A stretch of 64,000 bases of DNA from Thermomicrobiales bacterium (GCA_037045155.1 JBAOIG010000002.1:278433-342432), one strand, 5' to 3'. Numbered from the stretch's first letter, positions 30,284 through 39,065 are shown. Notes: generated by a model from the letters alone, not told the origin. A program made the numbers and translations.

Positions 30284-30597
30284 GTGTTGCCCTCCTCCGC
30301 CGCGATATGTCGATGGGGAAGTATCGCAGGCAACGAGGGGATGAGGGTGGTTCGCATACGCTCGTTGGCGCGGTCAAGCGTGGGGGTGAGGTCGCGCTGT
30401 CCGCGACGCTGCTCGATAATGAGGGTATCGATCGCCGGACGCGCGCCAACCCAGGTGTGCCTCGACCCGGGCGTGCTCACCGGCCAGCGCATCGAGCTCG
30501 GTCGGGATCAACAGGCCTGGCCAGACAGCCAGCGGTCGATCGGCACTCAATAGCCCACCCGAAACTATGGCGCTTGCGCGCCGGAAGGAGCAACCGG

Positions 30598-30711
30598 ATG
30601 CTGGAGGACGATTACGCGCCAGCGACCCGCAGCCTCGTCCCATCATGGCTGGCGCTGGCCGCGCTGGCGGCAGTGGTGGGGTACTTCGTGATCCGGCGAC
30701 GCCGAGGGTAA
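30598..30711 (+). CDS. 37-aa small membrane peptide.
   Basis: GGAAGGAG RBS 7 nt before the ATG. One TM helix followed by RRRRG (MLEDDYAPATRSLVPSWLALAALAAVVGYFVIRRRRG). A stem-loop follows 8 nt after the stop. Confidence 0.4.
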   Translation: MLEDDYAPATRSLVPSWLALAALAAVVGYFVIRRRRG

Positions 30712-30719
30712 ACGCGACT

Positions 30720-30748
30720 GCGGGGCCCCGGCTTTCCCGGGACCCCGC
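30720..30748 (+). terminator. GC-rich stem-loop after the small ORF.
   Basis: GCGGGGCCCCGG-ctttc-CCGGGACCCCGC, 12-bp stem with one mismatch. Confidence 0.4.
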
Positions 30749-31103
30749 GCGCTCTTCGGCGATACAGGCTGGAGTGAGAGGAAACTGTAGATTCCGCCTA
30801 GGGAAAGCCGTGTGGCGCTGACAGCGACGGTAACTGCCTTGCGCATTCGCGAACCCGCCAGGCTCGCGTTACGATCGAGGTCGATCGATTACGGGGTGTC
30901 TAGAGGCCCCAGCCTATCGTCCAGTCGGTCTTACTTCACCCTTCGCAAGGTGTATGCCGCTATACTCAGTGCGGCCCGCCTGAGGGCGGGGCGGTGGGCA
31001 TAACAGCGAATGATCTGATAGTAACGACCTGCCCTGACGCCCCCATGACGAGAAGATGAAGATCCGGTGACATTCTTGATCTCGCATATGCCGATGGAGT
31101 GAT

Positions 31104-31787
31104 ATGGGCGAGCGGGTCCTGGTCGTCGACGATGATTCCAAGATTCTCGCGATGATGCGCCGCGGGCTCATCTTCGCCGGTTACGAGGTCGACCTCGCCG
31201 AGACCGGCGAGCAGGCGCTCGACAAGACTCTCGGCGAGCTGCCCGACCTCGTCATCATCGACGTCATGCTGCCGGGCATCGACGGGCTGGAGGTCTGCAG
31301 ACGGCTCCGCGCCGCCGAGCCGCGCCTGCCGATCCTGTTGCTGACAGCGCGCGACCGTGTCCCCGACCGGGTCGCCGGCCTCGACGCCGGGGCCGACGAC
31401 TACCTGGTCAAGCCGTTCGCCTTCGACGAGCTGCTGGCGCGCATCCGCGCGTTGCTGCGGCGGGCCGGCGACGAGCACCAGGACGCGCTTGTCTTCGCCG
31501 ACCTGCGCCTCAACTCGACCACCCACGAGGTTCTCCGCGGCGAGCGCTCGATCGACCTGACGCTGACCGAGTATCAGCTCCTCGAATACTTCATGCGTCA
31601 TCCACGCCAGGTCCTCTCCCGCGATCGCATTCATGATGCCGTCTGGGGCGACAGCTTCTTTCCGGAGTCGAACGTCATCGACGTCCATATCAAGCGGCTG
31701 CGCGAGAAGCTGGAGTCGGACAGTGAGTCGCGGCTGATCCAGACAATCCGTGGCGTCGGCTACAGCCTTCGCCAGCCGAGCGACTGA
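31104..31787 (+). CDS. OmpR-family response regulator.
   Basis: Receiver domain ([24 protein letters not shown]) plus a winged-helix output domain ([26 protein letters not shown]). Confidence 0.92.
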   Translation: MGERVLVVDDDSKILAMMRRGLIFAGYEVDLAETGEQALDKTLGELPDLVIIDVMLPGIDGLEVCRRLRAAEPRLPILLLTARDRVPDRVAGLDAGADDYLVKPFAFDELLARIRALLRRAGDEHQDALVFADLRLNSTTHEVLRGERSIDLTLTEYQLLEYFMRHPRQVLSRDRIHDAVWGDSFFPESNVIDVHIKRLREKLESDSESRLIQTIRGVGYSLRQPSD

Positions 31788-31795
31788 GGCCGGCG

Positions 31796-33215
31796 GTGTC
31801 GCTGCGCGTCCGGCTGGCGCTGATCTACACCGTTGCCTTCCTGGTTGCGCTGGCGATCATCGGGAGCGCGATCTATCTCATCCTGCGTCAGGCGCTGGCG
31901 GCGGAGGTAGATAACGAGCTGATCGAGCGTGCCGCTCAGATCGATCGCGCGATGGTGATCCGTGGCGGCAACGAGCTGGACGCCCAGCATCTGCTCGACG
32001 AGATCTTCGTCCTGTCACCCCCTTCGCCCGACCAGGAGCTGCGCGCCGCGAGTATCCACATTCATATCCTCGGCGAGGATAGCCACTCGCTGGCCAGCTC
32101 ATCGCTGACGGCCGAGACGGTGCCAGTCGACCGCGAGGCGGTCGCCGCCGCGGTCGCGGGTGACACAGTCCTTCGCACGTCGCGGGTCGGCCGGGTGCAG
32201 ATTCGCTCGCTCTACAGCCCGCTGCGGATCAACGGAAAGATCGTGGCGGTCGCTCAGCTCTCCGAATCGCTCAGCCCGATGACGCGGACGATCGCCGAGT
32301 TCCGGACACTACTGCTGGCCGGCGGGCTGCTTGCCCTGCTGGGCGGGCTGGCCGGCACCTTGTCGCTATCTCGCCAGGCACTTCAGCCGGTGGCCGATCT
32401 GACCGACCGCGTCGCCCGGATCGCAGAGACAGGCGAGTTCGCGGAGCGCGTTCCGGAGGCGAAGTCTCCTGACGAGATCGGCCGGCTGGCGCTGACCTTC
32501 AACACGCTGCTCGACCGGATCAGCCTGATGCTCGATCGCCAGCGGACGCTTGTGGCCGACACGTCTCACGAGCTGCGCAATCCGCTGATGGTCGTCCGCG
32601 GCAATCTGGAGCTGCTGGCGGTCGGCCTCCCGCCGGAGGAGCAACGCGAGGCTGCACGCGACGCCATTGATGAGGTCGATCGAATGACGCGCCTCGTCGG
32701 CGACCTGCTGTTTCTGGCCGACGCCGACGCCGAGCGGGCGATCGAGCATCATGACGTGCCGCTGGAAGCGCTGGTCGCCAGCGTCATCGCCGACGCGCGC
32801 CGGCTGGCCAACAACCCCGACAGTCCCCGCGAGCTGGTGTTGACCGCGAACGACGCGCTGACTGTCCGCGGCGACGCTGAGCGACTGCGACAGCTGATCT
32901 GGAATCTGGTCGAGAACGCGCTGCGCTACACGCCGGCCGGCGGGACGGTGACCGTCAGCCTGCGCCGTCGCGGCCCGGTCGCCGAGCTGACCGTCGCCGA
33001 CACCGGCATCGGCATCCCGCCGGAGCATCTGCCGCACCTCTTCGAGCGCTTCTACCGCGTAGACACCGGCCGCTCGCGCGCCGTCGGCGGCACCGGGCTG
33101 GGCCTGTCGATCGTGCGCCAGATCACCGAAGCGCACGGCGGCCAGGTCCGCGTCCGCTCGACGCCGGGCGTCGGCTTCGACGTTCACGGTGGCGCTGCCG
33201 GTGACGGAGGGATGA
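31796..33215 (+). pseudogene. Sensor histidine kinase (TM-HAMP-HisKA-HATPase) whose last ~13 codons are frame-shifted by a 1-nt insertion.
   Basis: H-box SHELRNPL, N-box LIWNLVENALRYTP, and G-boxes DTGIGI and GTGLGLSIV. As sequenced it reads ..TPGVGFDVHGG.. and runs on. Deleting one T at 33176/33177 restores the canonical end TPGVGSTFTVALPVTEG-TGA (stop 33213-33215). Confidence 0.8.
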
Positions 33216-33250
33216 GGGTTGAGGCAAACGGGATGAGTGACGAAAGAGGG

Positions 33251-34483
33251 ATGACAATGGCTGATTGGCCGGCGACGGCAGCAGAAATGGGGTTGATGGA
33301 GGGGTATCCGGCGCCGCCGGAGAAGCAGGTGACGCGCGAGAACCTGATGTCGGGGCCGTATAACCGCTGGGGCTTTCAGCACATGCGCGAGCTGATGGCG
33401 ACGGCGGCGGTGTATCGCGGCGATGGGCCGGTGCGCGAGCTGCCGCAACGGCCGCGCGACCTGAGCGGGCTCACTTTCGCGGCGGTCGACGGGACCGAGC
33501 AGACGGTCGATGACATGCTGGCGCTCAGCTACGCCGACGCGCTGGTCGTGCTGCACGACGGGACGCTGGTCTACGAGCGATACCTGAACGGGATGGGGCC
33601 GGCCAGCCAGCATCAGATGATGTCGGTGACCAAGTCGCTGGTCGGGACGCTGGCGCTGCAACTGGCCCACGAGGGGCTGATCGACGAGTCTCGACCGGTG
33701 ATTGACTATATCCCCGAGCTGGCCGGCAGTGCCTGGGAGGATGCCAGCGTCCGCCATGCGCTCGACATGACGACCGGCATCCGCTTCAGCGAGGTCTACG
33801 ACTTCGAGGACGGCGATGTTGCCCGCTATGGGATCGCCGCCGGGTTCAGGAATCCGCCAGAGGGGTATCAGGGGCCGCGCACGGTGCCGGAGCTGTTCCC
33901 ACAGTTTCCGAAGGCCGGCGAGCACGGCGAGGCGTTTCACTACGTCACGCCAAACACCGATGTCGTCGGCTGGATCATCGCCCGCGCCACCGGGAAGCCG
34001 TTTTCGCAGGTCTTCGGCGAGCGGGTCTGGTCGCGGCTGGGGACGGAACGAGACGCCTACATCATCCGCGACAGCATCGGGATGGAGATGGCGGGGGCCG
34101 GATTCAACGCAACCGCCCGCGACCTGGCGCGTTTCGGCCAGATGCTGCTGGACGGCGGGATCTGCGACGGGCAGCAGATCATCGCGCCGGAGGTGGTCGC
34201 GACCATCCGGGGCGGCGGCGACCGCGAGGTGTTTGCCCGTGGCGTCGAGGAATGGGGACCAGTCTGGGAAGGCTGGTCGTATCGCGCCTTCTGGTGGAAC
34301 ACGCACAACGCGCACGGCGCATTCACCGGCATCGGGATCAACGGCCAGTGGCTGTACGTCGACCCCGCCGCCCGTGTCGTCATCGTCCAGCAGTCGAGCT
34401 ACCCAACCGCCGACCTGCCCGAGGTCGACGGCATCACCGTGCCCGGCTTCCACGCCATCGCACAGAATGTGACGGGGGGATGA
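33251..34483 (+). CDS. Beta-lactamase-family serine hydrolase (6-aminohexanoate-dimer hydrolase/D-aminopeptidase-like).
   Basis: SxxK motif MMSVTKSLVG, then YVTPNTDVVGWII, with a GAFTGIGINGQWLYVDP C-terminal motif. GAAAGAGGG RBS before ATG 33251. In the ORF track it is fused to the kinase only through the frameshift. Confidence 0.75.
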   Translation: MTMADWPATAAEMGLMEGYPAPPEKQVTRENLMSGPYNRWGFQHMRELMATAAVYRGDGPVRELPQRPRDLSGLTFAAVDGTEQTVDDMLALSYADALVVLHDGTLVYERYLNGMGPASQHQMMSVTKSLVGTLALQLAHEGLIDESRPVIDYIPELAGSAWEDASVRHALDMTTGIRFSEVYDFEDGDVARYGIAAGFRNPPEGYQGPRTVPELFPQFPKAGEHGEAFHYVTPNTDVVGWIIARATGKPFSQVFGERVWSRLGTERDAYIIRDSIGMEMAGAGFNATARDLARFGQMLLDGGICDGQQIIAPEVVATIRGGGDREVFARGVEEWGPVWEGWSYRAFWWNTHNAHGAFTGIGINGQWLYVDPAARVVIVQQSSYPTADLPEVDGITVPGFHAIAQNVTGG

Positions 34484-34566
34484 GGGGGAGCGGAGGGGGC
34501 GGGACGTGCATCTGTTCCCACGACAGTAGCCAGTTACCGCAGTTGAGACCGTCGTGTAAACAGGCG

Positions 34567-34595
34567 TTGACAGTGGTTACGATCAGTACGATAAT
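34567..34595 (+). promoter_or_regulatory. Near-consensus sigma70 promoter TTGACA-17-GATAAT.
   Basis: TTGACA at 34567-34572, 17-nt spacer, GATAAT at 34590-34595. It lies at the left edge of the low-GC islet, 50 nt before ATG 34646. Confidence 0.6.
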
Positions 34596-34645
34596 TTTGG
34601 TTGGATCTCCCATCGCTGTATCTATCTAACGGACACGCCGTGACC

Positions 34646-35473
34646 ATGGTTGAACGGTTCAATCAGCCAATGAACTCCCTCAGATCGACTGGTGGCCAAA
34701 CAGTTGTTTGGGCGGTGGTTAGTGGTGTAATCCTTGCGATCGTGGTTGGTGTCTGGCATCGGCTGATCTCCTCAGCATTGGTATTACCTCTCATCCTCGT
34801 CACTATCGTTTTTGTCACTGGAGTCATCGTTGGCTACTGGTTCAGGAAGCAACACAAGACACCTTCGGTGTCGTCTACCAACTACCTCACAAAGATGCTA
34901 GAAGCTGATGGTCGTTTGTTCATTGCGCTCGGGGGCCTAATATCGAATCATCATGGTTCGCACGCGTTCGATAATGCCCTCAAAGCCTGCGTATCCGCCT
35001 GCTGTGGCCTTCTTGCTGACGGTGCTCGTGGCATCATTTACCGGCCCGTCGATGGCTGTTTAGAACCTACGGCGGATCACCTTATGACCCCAAATGAACT
35101 AAAGCGAAAGTTTGCAGCAACACGAGATTATGTCACGAGCGACGTACCGTGGGGTATTGCTAGCGCTGTCTATCAGGGGAATCAACACAGAGTTGTCCCC
35201 TTCCGCGAGTATCAAGGGAAGTGGATACCGCTGGATCCGGAATACCATGTCTTCCCAGAAGACGCTACCGGGCTACCGTACCGCTCATTCATTGCTATTC
35301 CGCTGCGGGTCACGCCAGCATCTGATTGTCTCGGCGTTCTCTGCCTCGATAGTATGCGGCCAGACGCTTTCGACGACGCTGATCTGCAACAGTACCTTGT
35401 TAACCTCGGGCTTCGCATGGCAATCCCTATGCTCCTATATAATCACTCGGCGACGGCGTCGGACCCCGGTTAG
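34646..35473 (+). CDS. Membrane-anchored (2 TM) protein with a GAF-like C-terminal domain.
   Basis: TM helices TVVWAVVSGVILAIVVGVW and ALVLPLILVTIVFVTGVIVGYWF. The C-terminal pattern YRSFIAIPLRV..CLGVLCLDSMRPDAFDDADLQQYLVNLGLRMAIPML matches the characteristic S-[FL]-x-A-[IV]-P-L...GVL-x-[LV]-[DE]-S...F GAF signature. About 50% GC versus about 67% in the flanks. Confidence 0.55.
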   Translation: MVERFNQPMNSLRSTGGQTVVWAVVSGVILAIVVGVWHRLISSALVLPLILVTIVFVTGVIVGYWFRKQHKTPSVSSTNYLTKMLEADGRLFIALGGLISNHHGSHAFDNALKACVSACCGLLADGARGIIYRPVDGCLEPTADHLMTPNELKRKFAATRDYVTSDVPWGIASAVYQGNQHRVVPFREYQGKWIPLDPEYHVFPEDATGLPYRSFIAIPLRVTPASDCLGVLCLDSMRPDAFDDADLQQYLVNLGLRMAIPMLLYNHSATASDPG

Positions 35474-35523
35474 TCGATTGGAGGCTATGCTATATTGACA
35501 CGGTTTTAATAAGCTTCGTTATC

Positions 35524-35548
35524 GACACGGATCTATTCTATCCGTGTC
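35524..35548 (+). terminator. Perfect 9-bp hairpin between the two islet genes.
   Basis: GACACGGAT-ctattct-ATCCGTGTC. No U-tract, so it could be a terminator or an operator. Confidence 0.35.
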
Positions 35549-35574
35549 CTTGATGCCCAGAGGAAGGGGCTATC

Positions 35575-35808
35575 ATGTCCACGATCGAGGCCGGGGAAAC
35601 GCGCGAGCAGAAAGTCATTGATGCCTTCGACGACTATCTCACCGGCAAGATCACACTTGAAGAATACGAAGCCCTCGAAAGCTTGTATCGTACCGACTAT
35701 CTAGCTGTCGCCCGGGCCTTGGCGGGGCTTGGAGCCAGCCATCGGTCACGGATCTCAAATCCCGAATGCTCATCCAGCACCAACACATCGCGCGAGTGTG
35801 AGCGATAG
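35575..35808 (+). CDS. Small acidic helical protein with a SHOCT-like motif.
   Basis: GAGGAAGGGG RBS. YLTGKITLEEYEALESLY resembles the G-x-IT-x-EE-[YF] core of SHOCT. Low-complexity Ser/Cys-rich tail. Confidence 0.4.
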   Translation: MSTIEAGETREQKVIDAFDDYLTGKITLEEYEALESLYRTDYLAVARALAGLGASHRSRISNPECSSSTNTSRECER

Positions 35809-35818
35809 CCCGTAACGA

Positions 35819-36769
35819 CTAGCTGCCGAGGTGCTCGCGGAGGAAGGCGCAGGCGACGGTGAACTCGGCGTGGGCGCCGGGACCGGCAGAGCGAGCGCGC
35901 AGGAAGCCGTGGATCATCCCGCGCGCCTCGCGGTAGGTGACCGGCGTGCCGGCCAGCGCAAGGCGTGCGGCGAAAAAGCGGCTGTCGTCGCGGATGGGGT
36001 CGATGCCGGCCGCATGGACGAGCGCGGGCGGCAGGTTGGTGAAGTCGAGCGCGCGGACGGGCCGCGCGTAGGGATCGGCGCTATCGGGATCGTCCGGAAG
36101 GTAGAGCCGGTCGAACCGGTGCATGCTCGCGCTGGTCAGCCCCGGCCCATCGGCGAACTCGACGTACGACCCGGCGTCCTGCTCGAGCCCGAACCAGCCG
36201 TAGAGCAGCGCCTGAGCCGCGATCGGCGGGCCGCCACGGTCGCGCGAGGCGAGCGCCAACGCCGCGCCGAGCATGCCACCGGCGCTATCGCCCACAACAG
36301 CGATGCGGCCGGCGTCGATGCCGACCTCGTCCGGATTCGCCGCCAGCCAGGTCAAGACGCCGTAGCAGTCATCGAACGCCGCCGGGTAGGGGTGCTCGGG
36401 CGTCAGGCGGTAGTCGATGCTGACGACTGCCGCGCCGGTCTCCTGGGCGTAGCCCCAGGCGTTGCCGTCGGAGGTGTCGAGGTCGCCCAGCATGAAGCCG
36501 CCGCCGTGCATATAGAGGACGCACGGTCGCGCGCCGCTCCGGCCAGCGGGCTGGTAGACGCGCACGGGGACGCCGCCGTGGCCGGCGGGGATCGTCGCGT
36601 CGAAGACATGCATATCGGCGGGGCGAGGCTGGGGGAGGATGCTCGCGTAGACGCGCCACCAGCGGCGGGCGTCCTCGGGCGTCTCGCCTTGCGGGCCAAC
36701 GAGGGCATCTGCCTGCTCGCGCGCGTCGAGCAGCGGCTGCATGTCCGGATGGATGGTCTGCGTCGCCAC
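35819..36769 (-). CDS. Alpha/beta hydrolase, hormone-sensitive-lipase (family IV) type esterase.
   Basis: Oxyanion motif HGGGF (YMHGGGFMLGD), nucleophile GDSAGG, catalytic His in GMIHGF. GGGAGGGG RBS before GTG 36769. The ORF extends to 36829. Confidence 0.85.
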   Translation of the reverse strand: MATQTIHPDMQPLLDAREQADALVGPQGETPEDARRWWRVYASILPQPRPADMHVFDATIPAGHGGVPVRVYQPAGRSGARPCVLYMHGGGFMLGDLDTSDGNAWGYAQETGAAVVSIDYRLTPEHPYPAAFDDCYGVLTWLAANPDEVGIDAGRIAVVGDSAGGMLGAALALASRDRGGPPIAAQALLYGWFGLEQDAGSYVEFADGPGLTSASMHRFDRLYLPDDPDSADPYARPVRALDFTNLPPALVHAAGIDPIRDDSRFFAARLALAGTPVTYREARGMIHGFLRARSAGPGAHAEFTVACAFLREHLGS

Positions 36770-37039
36770 GTGTCCCCTCCCGATGAAGGCGCCTGCGCGC
36801 CCAACTCCGATAGACGGCGACAGTAGCATAGCGCGGAGTGGCCACCGGCATTGTGTGCTGAGTAACGGAACGAGCGGATACAGAAGACTGCAATATCGCG
36901 TCTCACCTCCCGCGTCTCGACAGTCCCGATCCCTTCACGCCTCCTTCATGCGTCTGTCATGCTGTGGGCGCATGATAGATCTAGCCGGCATCTGGATACT
37001 GGCTGGATCTGAATTTGTACCCATGGAGGGCCTCCGGCC

Positions 37040-37921
37040 ATGACGACCGGAAACACGATCAAGACTGTTGGGCTGCTGACTACCCTGACAATGCTGCTGG
37101 TGCTGATCGGCCAGTATGTCGGCGGCGCTGGCGGCGCGGCGGTTTTCCTGCTGATCGCGCTGGTGATGAACATGGGCGCCTGGTGGTTCTCCGACAAGCT
37201 GGCGCTGCGCATGGCCGGCGCGCGCGAGGTCAGCCCGGAGGAAGCGCCCGAGCTGCACAGCATGATCGAGCATCTGGCGATGCTGGCCCGCCTGCCGAAG
37301 CCACGCGTCTACATCATCGAGAACGAGAGCCCGAACGCCTTCGCGACGGGGCGCAATCCCGAACACGCGGCTGTCGCGGTCACGACCGGTATCCAGCACC
37401 TGCTGAACAAGGACGAGCTGGCCGGCGTGCTCGCTCACGAGCTGGCCCACATCCGCAACCGTGACACCCTCATCAGCGCCGTCGTTGCGACGGTGGCCGG
37501 CGCGATCACCTGGATCGCCAGCATGCTGAAGTGGGGCGCCATCTTCGGCGGCTTCGGTCGCAATAGCGAAGAGGGCGGCAATGTCGTCGGCATGCTGGCG
37601 CTAGCAATCCTGGCCCCGATCGCGGCGATGATCATTCAGCTGGCCATCTCGCGCTCGCGCGAGTTCTCGGCCGACGCGACCGGCGCGCGGATCCTCGGCG
37701 ACCCGCTGCCGCTGGCCAGCGCGCTGGAGAAGCTGCAATACGGCGTTCAGCGCCGGCCGATGGCGAAGGCCAGCCCGGCGACCCAGCACTTGTATATCGT
37801 CAATCCGGTGGCGGGGGTAAACGTCAGCAAGCTATTCAGCACGCACCCGCCGACGGAAGAGCGCGTGGCCCGGCTCCAGCAGATGGCACTCCAGCCCAGC
37901 CAGTCCGGCCTGATCCGCTAA
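37040..37921 (+). CDS. htpX: M48 zinc metalloprotease HtpX.
   Basis: HELAHIRNRD zinc motif, four TM segments, EFSADATGA, and the C-terminal THPPTEERV. Typical HtpX length. Confidence 0.92.
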   Translation: MTTGNTIKTVGLLTTLTMLLVLIGQYVGGAGGAAVFLLIALVMNMGAWWFSDKLALRMAGAREVSPEEAPELHSMIEHLAMLARLPKPRVYIIENESPNAFATGRNPEHAAVAVTTGIQHLLNKDELAGVLAHELAHIRNRDTLISAVVATVAGAITWIASMLKWGAIFGGFGRNSEEGGNVVGMLALAILAPIAAMIIQLAISRSREFSADATGARILGDPLPLASALEKLQYGVQRRPMAKASPATQHLYIVNPVAGVNVSKLFSTHPPTEERVARLQQMALQPSQSGLIR

Positions 37922-37945
37922 TTCCACCCCCTACCCCCTTTTCCC

Positions 37946-37973
37946 GGCCCCCCGTCCGACCAGGGCGGGGGGT
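37946..37973 (+). terminator. Stem-loop after htpX.
   Basis: GGCCCCCCG...CGGGGGGTC followed by TGGTTCT. Confidence 0.4.
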
Positions 37974-38032
37974 CTGGTTCTATCGCCAGGCAGTGCGTCG
38001 CGGCCACACCATCGCGAGCGGAGGTGATATCG

Positions 38033-38542
38033 ATGTGGAGAATCGCCGGTCTGCTGATCGTCGTCGCTACAACGCTTGCGCTGCCCGGGCAGGCGAAAGC
38101 GATCTGCCGTATTCACACGCCCGACGTAGCCTATGACAACGCCGGCGTCATCTTCAGCGGCCGCGTCATCTCGACCGACGATCTGAGCAAGCCGCCACCG
38201 TGGAACACGACGATGTCAGTTGACCGCGTCTGGAAGGGCGAAGTGCTCGCTCCCGCGCAGGTGACGGTCTCATCGGGGATCTACCCGGTCCGTTTCCAGT
38301 CGGGCATCGACTACCTCGTCTACGGCGTCCGTGTGGATGAGACCCCGCGCATCTACACCGACGCCTGCACGGGGACTGCGCCGCTCGACGAGTCGGCGGA
38401 CATGCTCGCGCACCTCGACCGGACCGTCCCGAAGCGGCAGCCGTGGGTTGCGGTCGGGATTGCGCTGCTGCTGATCGGCGGGATCACGGTCGTCATCCGT
38501 GGCCGCCCGCGAGCGATCCGTGTCGGCCCGCCGGGGTCGTGA
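38033..38542 (+). CDS. Secreted, C-terminally anchored protein resembling bacterial TIMP/netrin-like OB-fold proteins.
   Basis: Signal peptide ..ALPGQAKA. The mature N-terminus ICRIHTPDVAYDNAGVIFSGRVIS, then VDRVWKGEV, GIDYLVYG and IYTDACTGTAPLDE follow the pattern I recall for this family (N-terminal Cys, P..A....A.V[IF].G.V, YLV[YF], C..T.PL). C-terminal TM helix WVAVGIALLLIGGITVVI. Confidence 0.45.
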   Translation: MWRIAGLLIVVATTLALPGQAKAICRIHTPDVAYDNAGVIFSGRVISTDDLSKPPPWNTTMSVDRVWKGEVLAPAQVTVSSGIYPVRFQSGIDYLVYGVRVDETPRIYTDACTGTAPLDESADMLAHLDRTVPKRQPWVAVGIALLLIGGITVVIRGRPRAIRVGPPGS

Positions 38543-38566
38543 GTCCAGCAGCCAGCCTCGTTCTCC

Positions 38567-39065
38567 GTCATCCCGAATCGTCCGTCAGCGCGTATCTGTC
38601 CGGGCCGGCAGCCACGCCCGTGTCCTGTCATCCTGAGTGGGCTGTCAATGTCAGACTGTCCGATCGGTAGCGTGCCGTTTATCCTGTCATCTTGAGCCTC
38701 AGCGAAAGATCTCCCACCCGTTCGATGCCAGCCAACGCAGGAGAGATTCTTCGCGTGCGCGCTCAAGATGACAGGCCACGGGCGTGGCTGCCGCGCCCAC
38801 GTATGTGCCACTTTGGCGTTGACAGTCCACTGAGCGGGTTGTCAACGTCAGACTGTCCGATCGGCAGCCTGCCCCTCCCTCTGGCATCTTGAGGTCGCAA
38901 CCGAACGATCTCCCCCAGGCATGTGACAGTCCAACGCAGGAGAGATCTTTCGCTGCGGCTCAAGATGACAGGCCACGGGGGTGGCTGCCGCGCCCACGTA
39001 TGTGCCACTTTGGCGTTGACAGCCCACTCAACATGACAGGGGGAAGGGGCAGTCTGCCGATCCCA
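38567..39065. repeat. Cluster of composite palindromic repeat modules (two ~200-bp composite units plus partial copies).
   Basis: Hairpin modules GTCATCTTGAG..GATCTC / GAGATTCTTCG..CTCAAGATGAC at 38686-38771 and about 38886-38968. Each is followed by GGCCACGGG(C/G)GTGGCTGCCGCGCCCACGTATGTGCCACTTTGGCGTTGACAG. The CTGTCAATGTCAGACTGTCCGATCGG module occurs at 38642 and 38840. Confidence 0.8.

Noticed and set aside
30284-30650. Fragments on the minus strand (..LIPTELDALAGEHARVEAHLGWRA.. and ..AIDTLIIEQRRGQRDLTPTLDRANE..) that might be a frameshifted regulator upstream of the lipocalin-like gene.
   Set aside because: There is no motif I can name, the frames overlap the start of the next gene, and the composition is typical of shadow ORFs.
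32366-34453. Very long antisense ORFs. Examples are 32366..34453, 41917..43527, 52950..54191, 3485..5194, 7598..8782, 15399..16817, 21735..22754, 55664..56590 and 60014..60850.
   Set aside because: They lie opposite well-supported genes, are Arg/Pro/Gly/Asp-rich with no motifs, and are the usual stop-poor shadow frames of high-GC DNA.
31796-34483. Genuine sensor kinase fused to a beta-lactamase-like enzyme.
   Set aside because: The canonical kinase C-terminus GSTFTVALPVTEG plus a stop is present in the +1 frame immediately after a TT dinucleotide, and the hydrolase has its own RBS and ATG. A 1-nt insertion is the simpler explanation.
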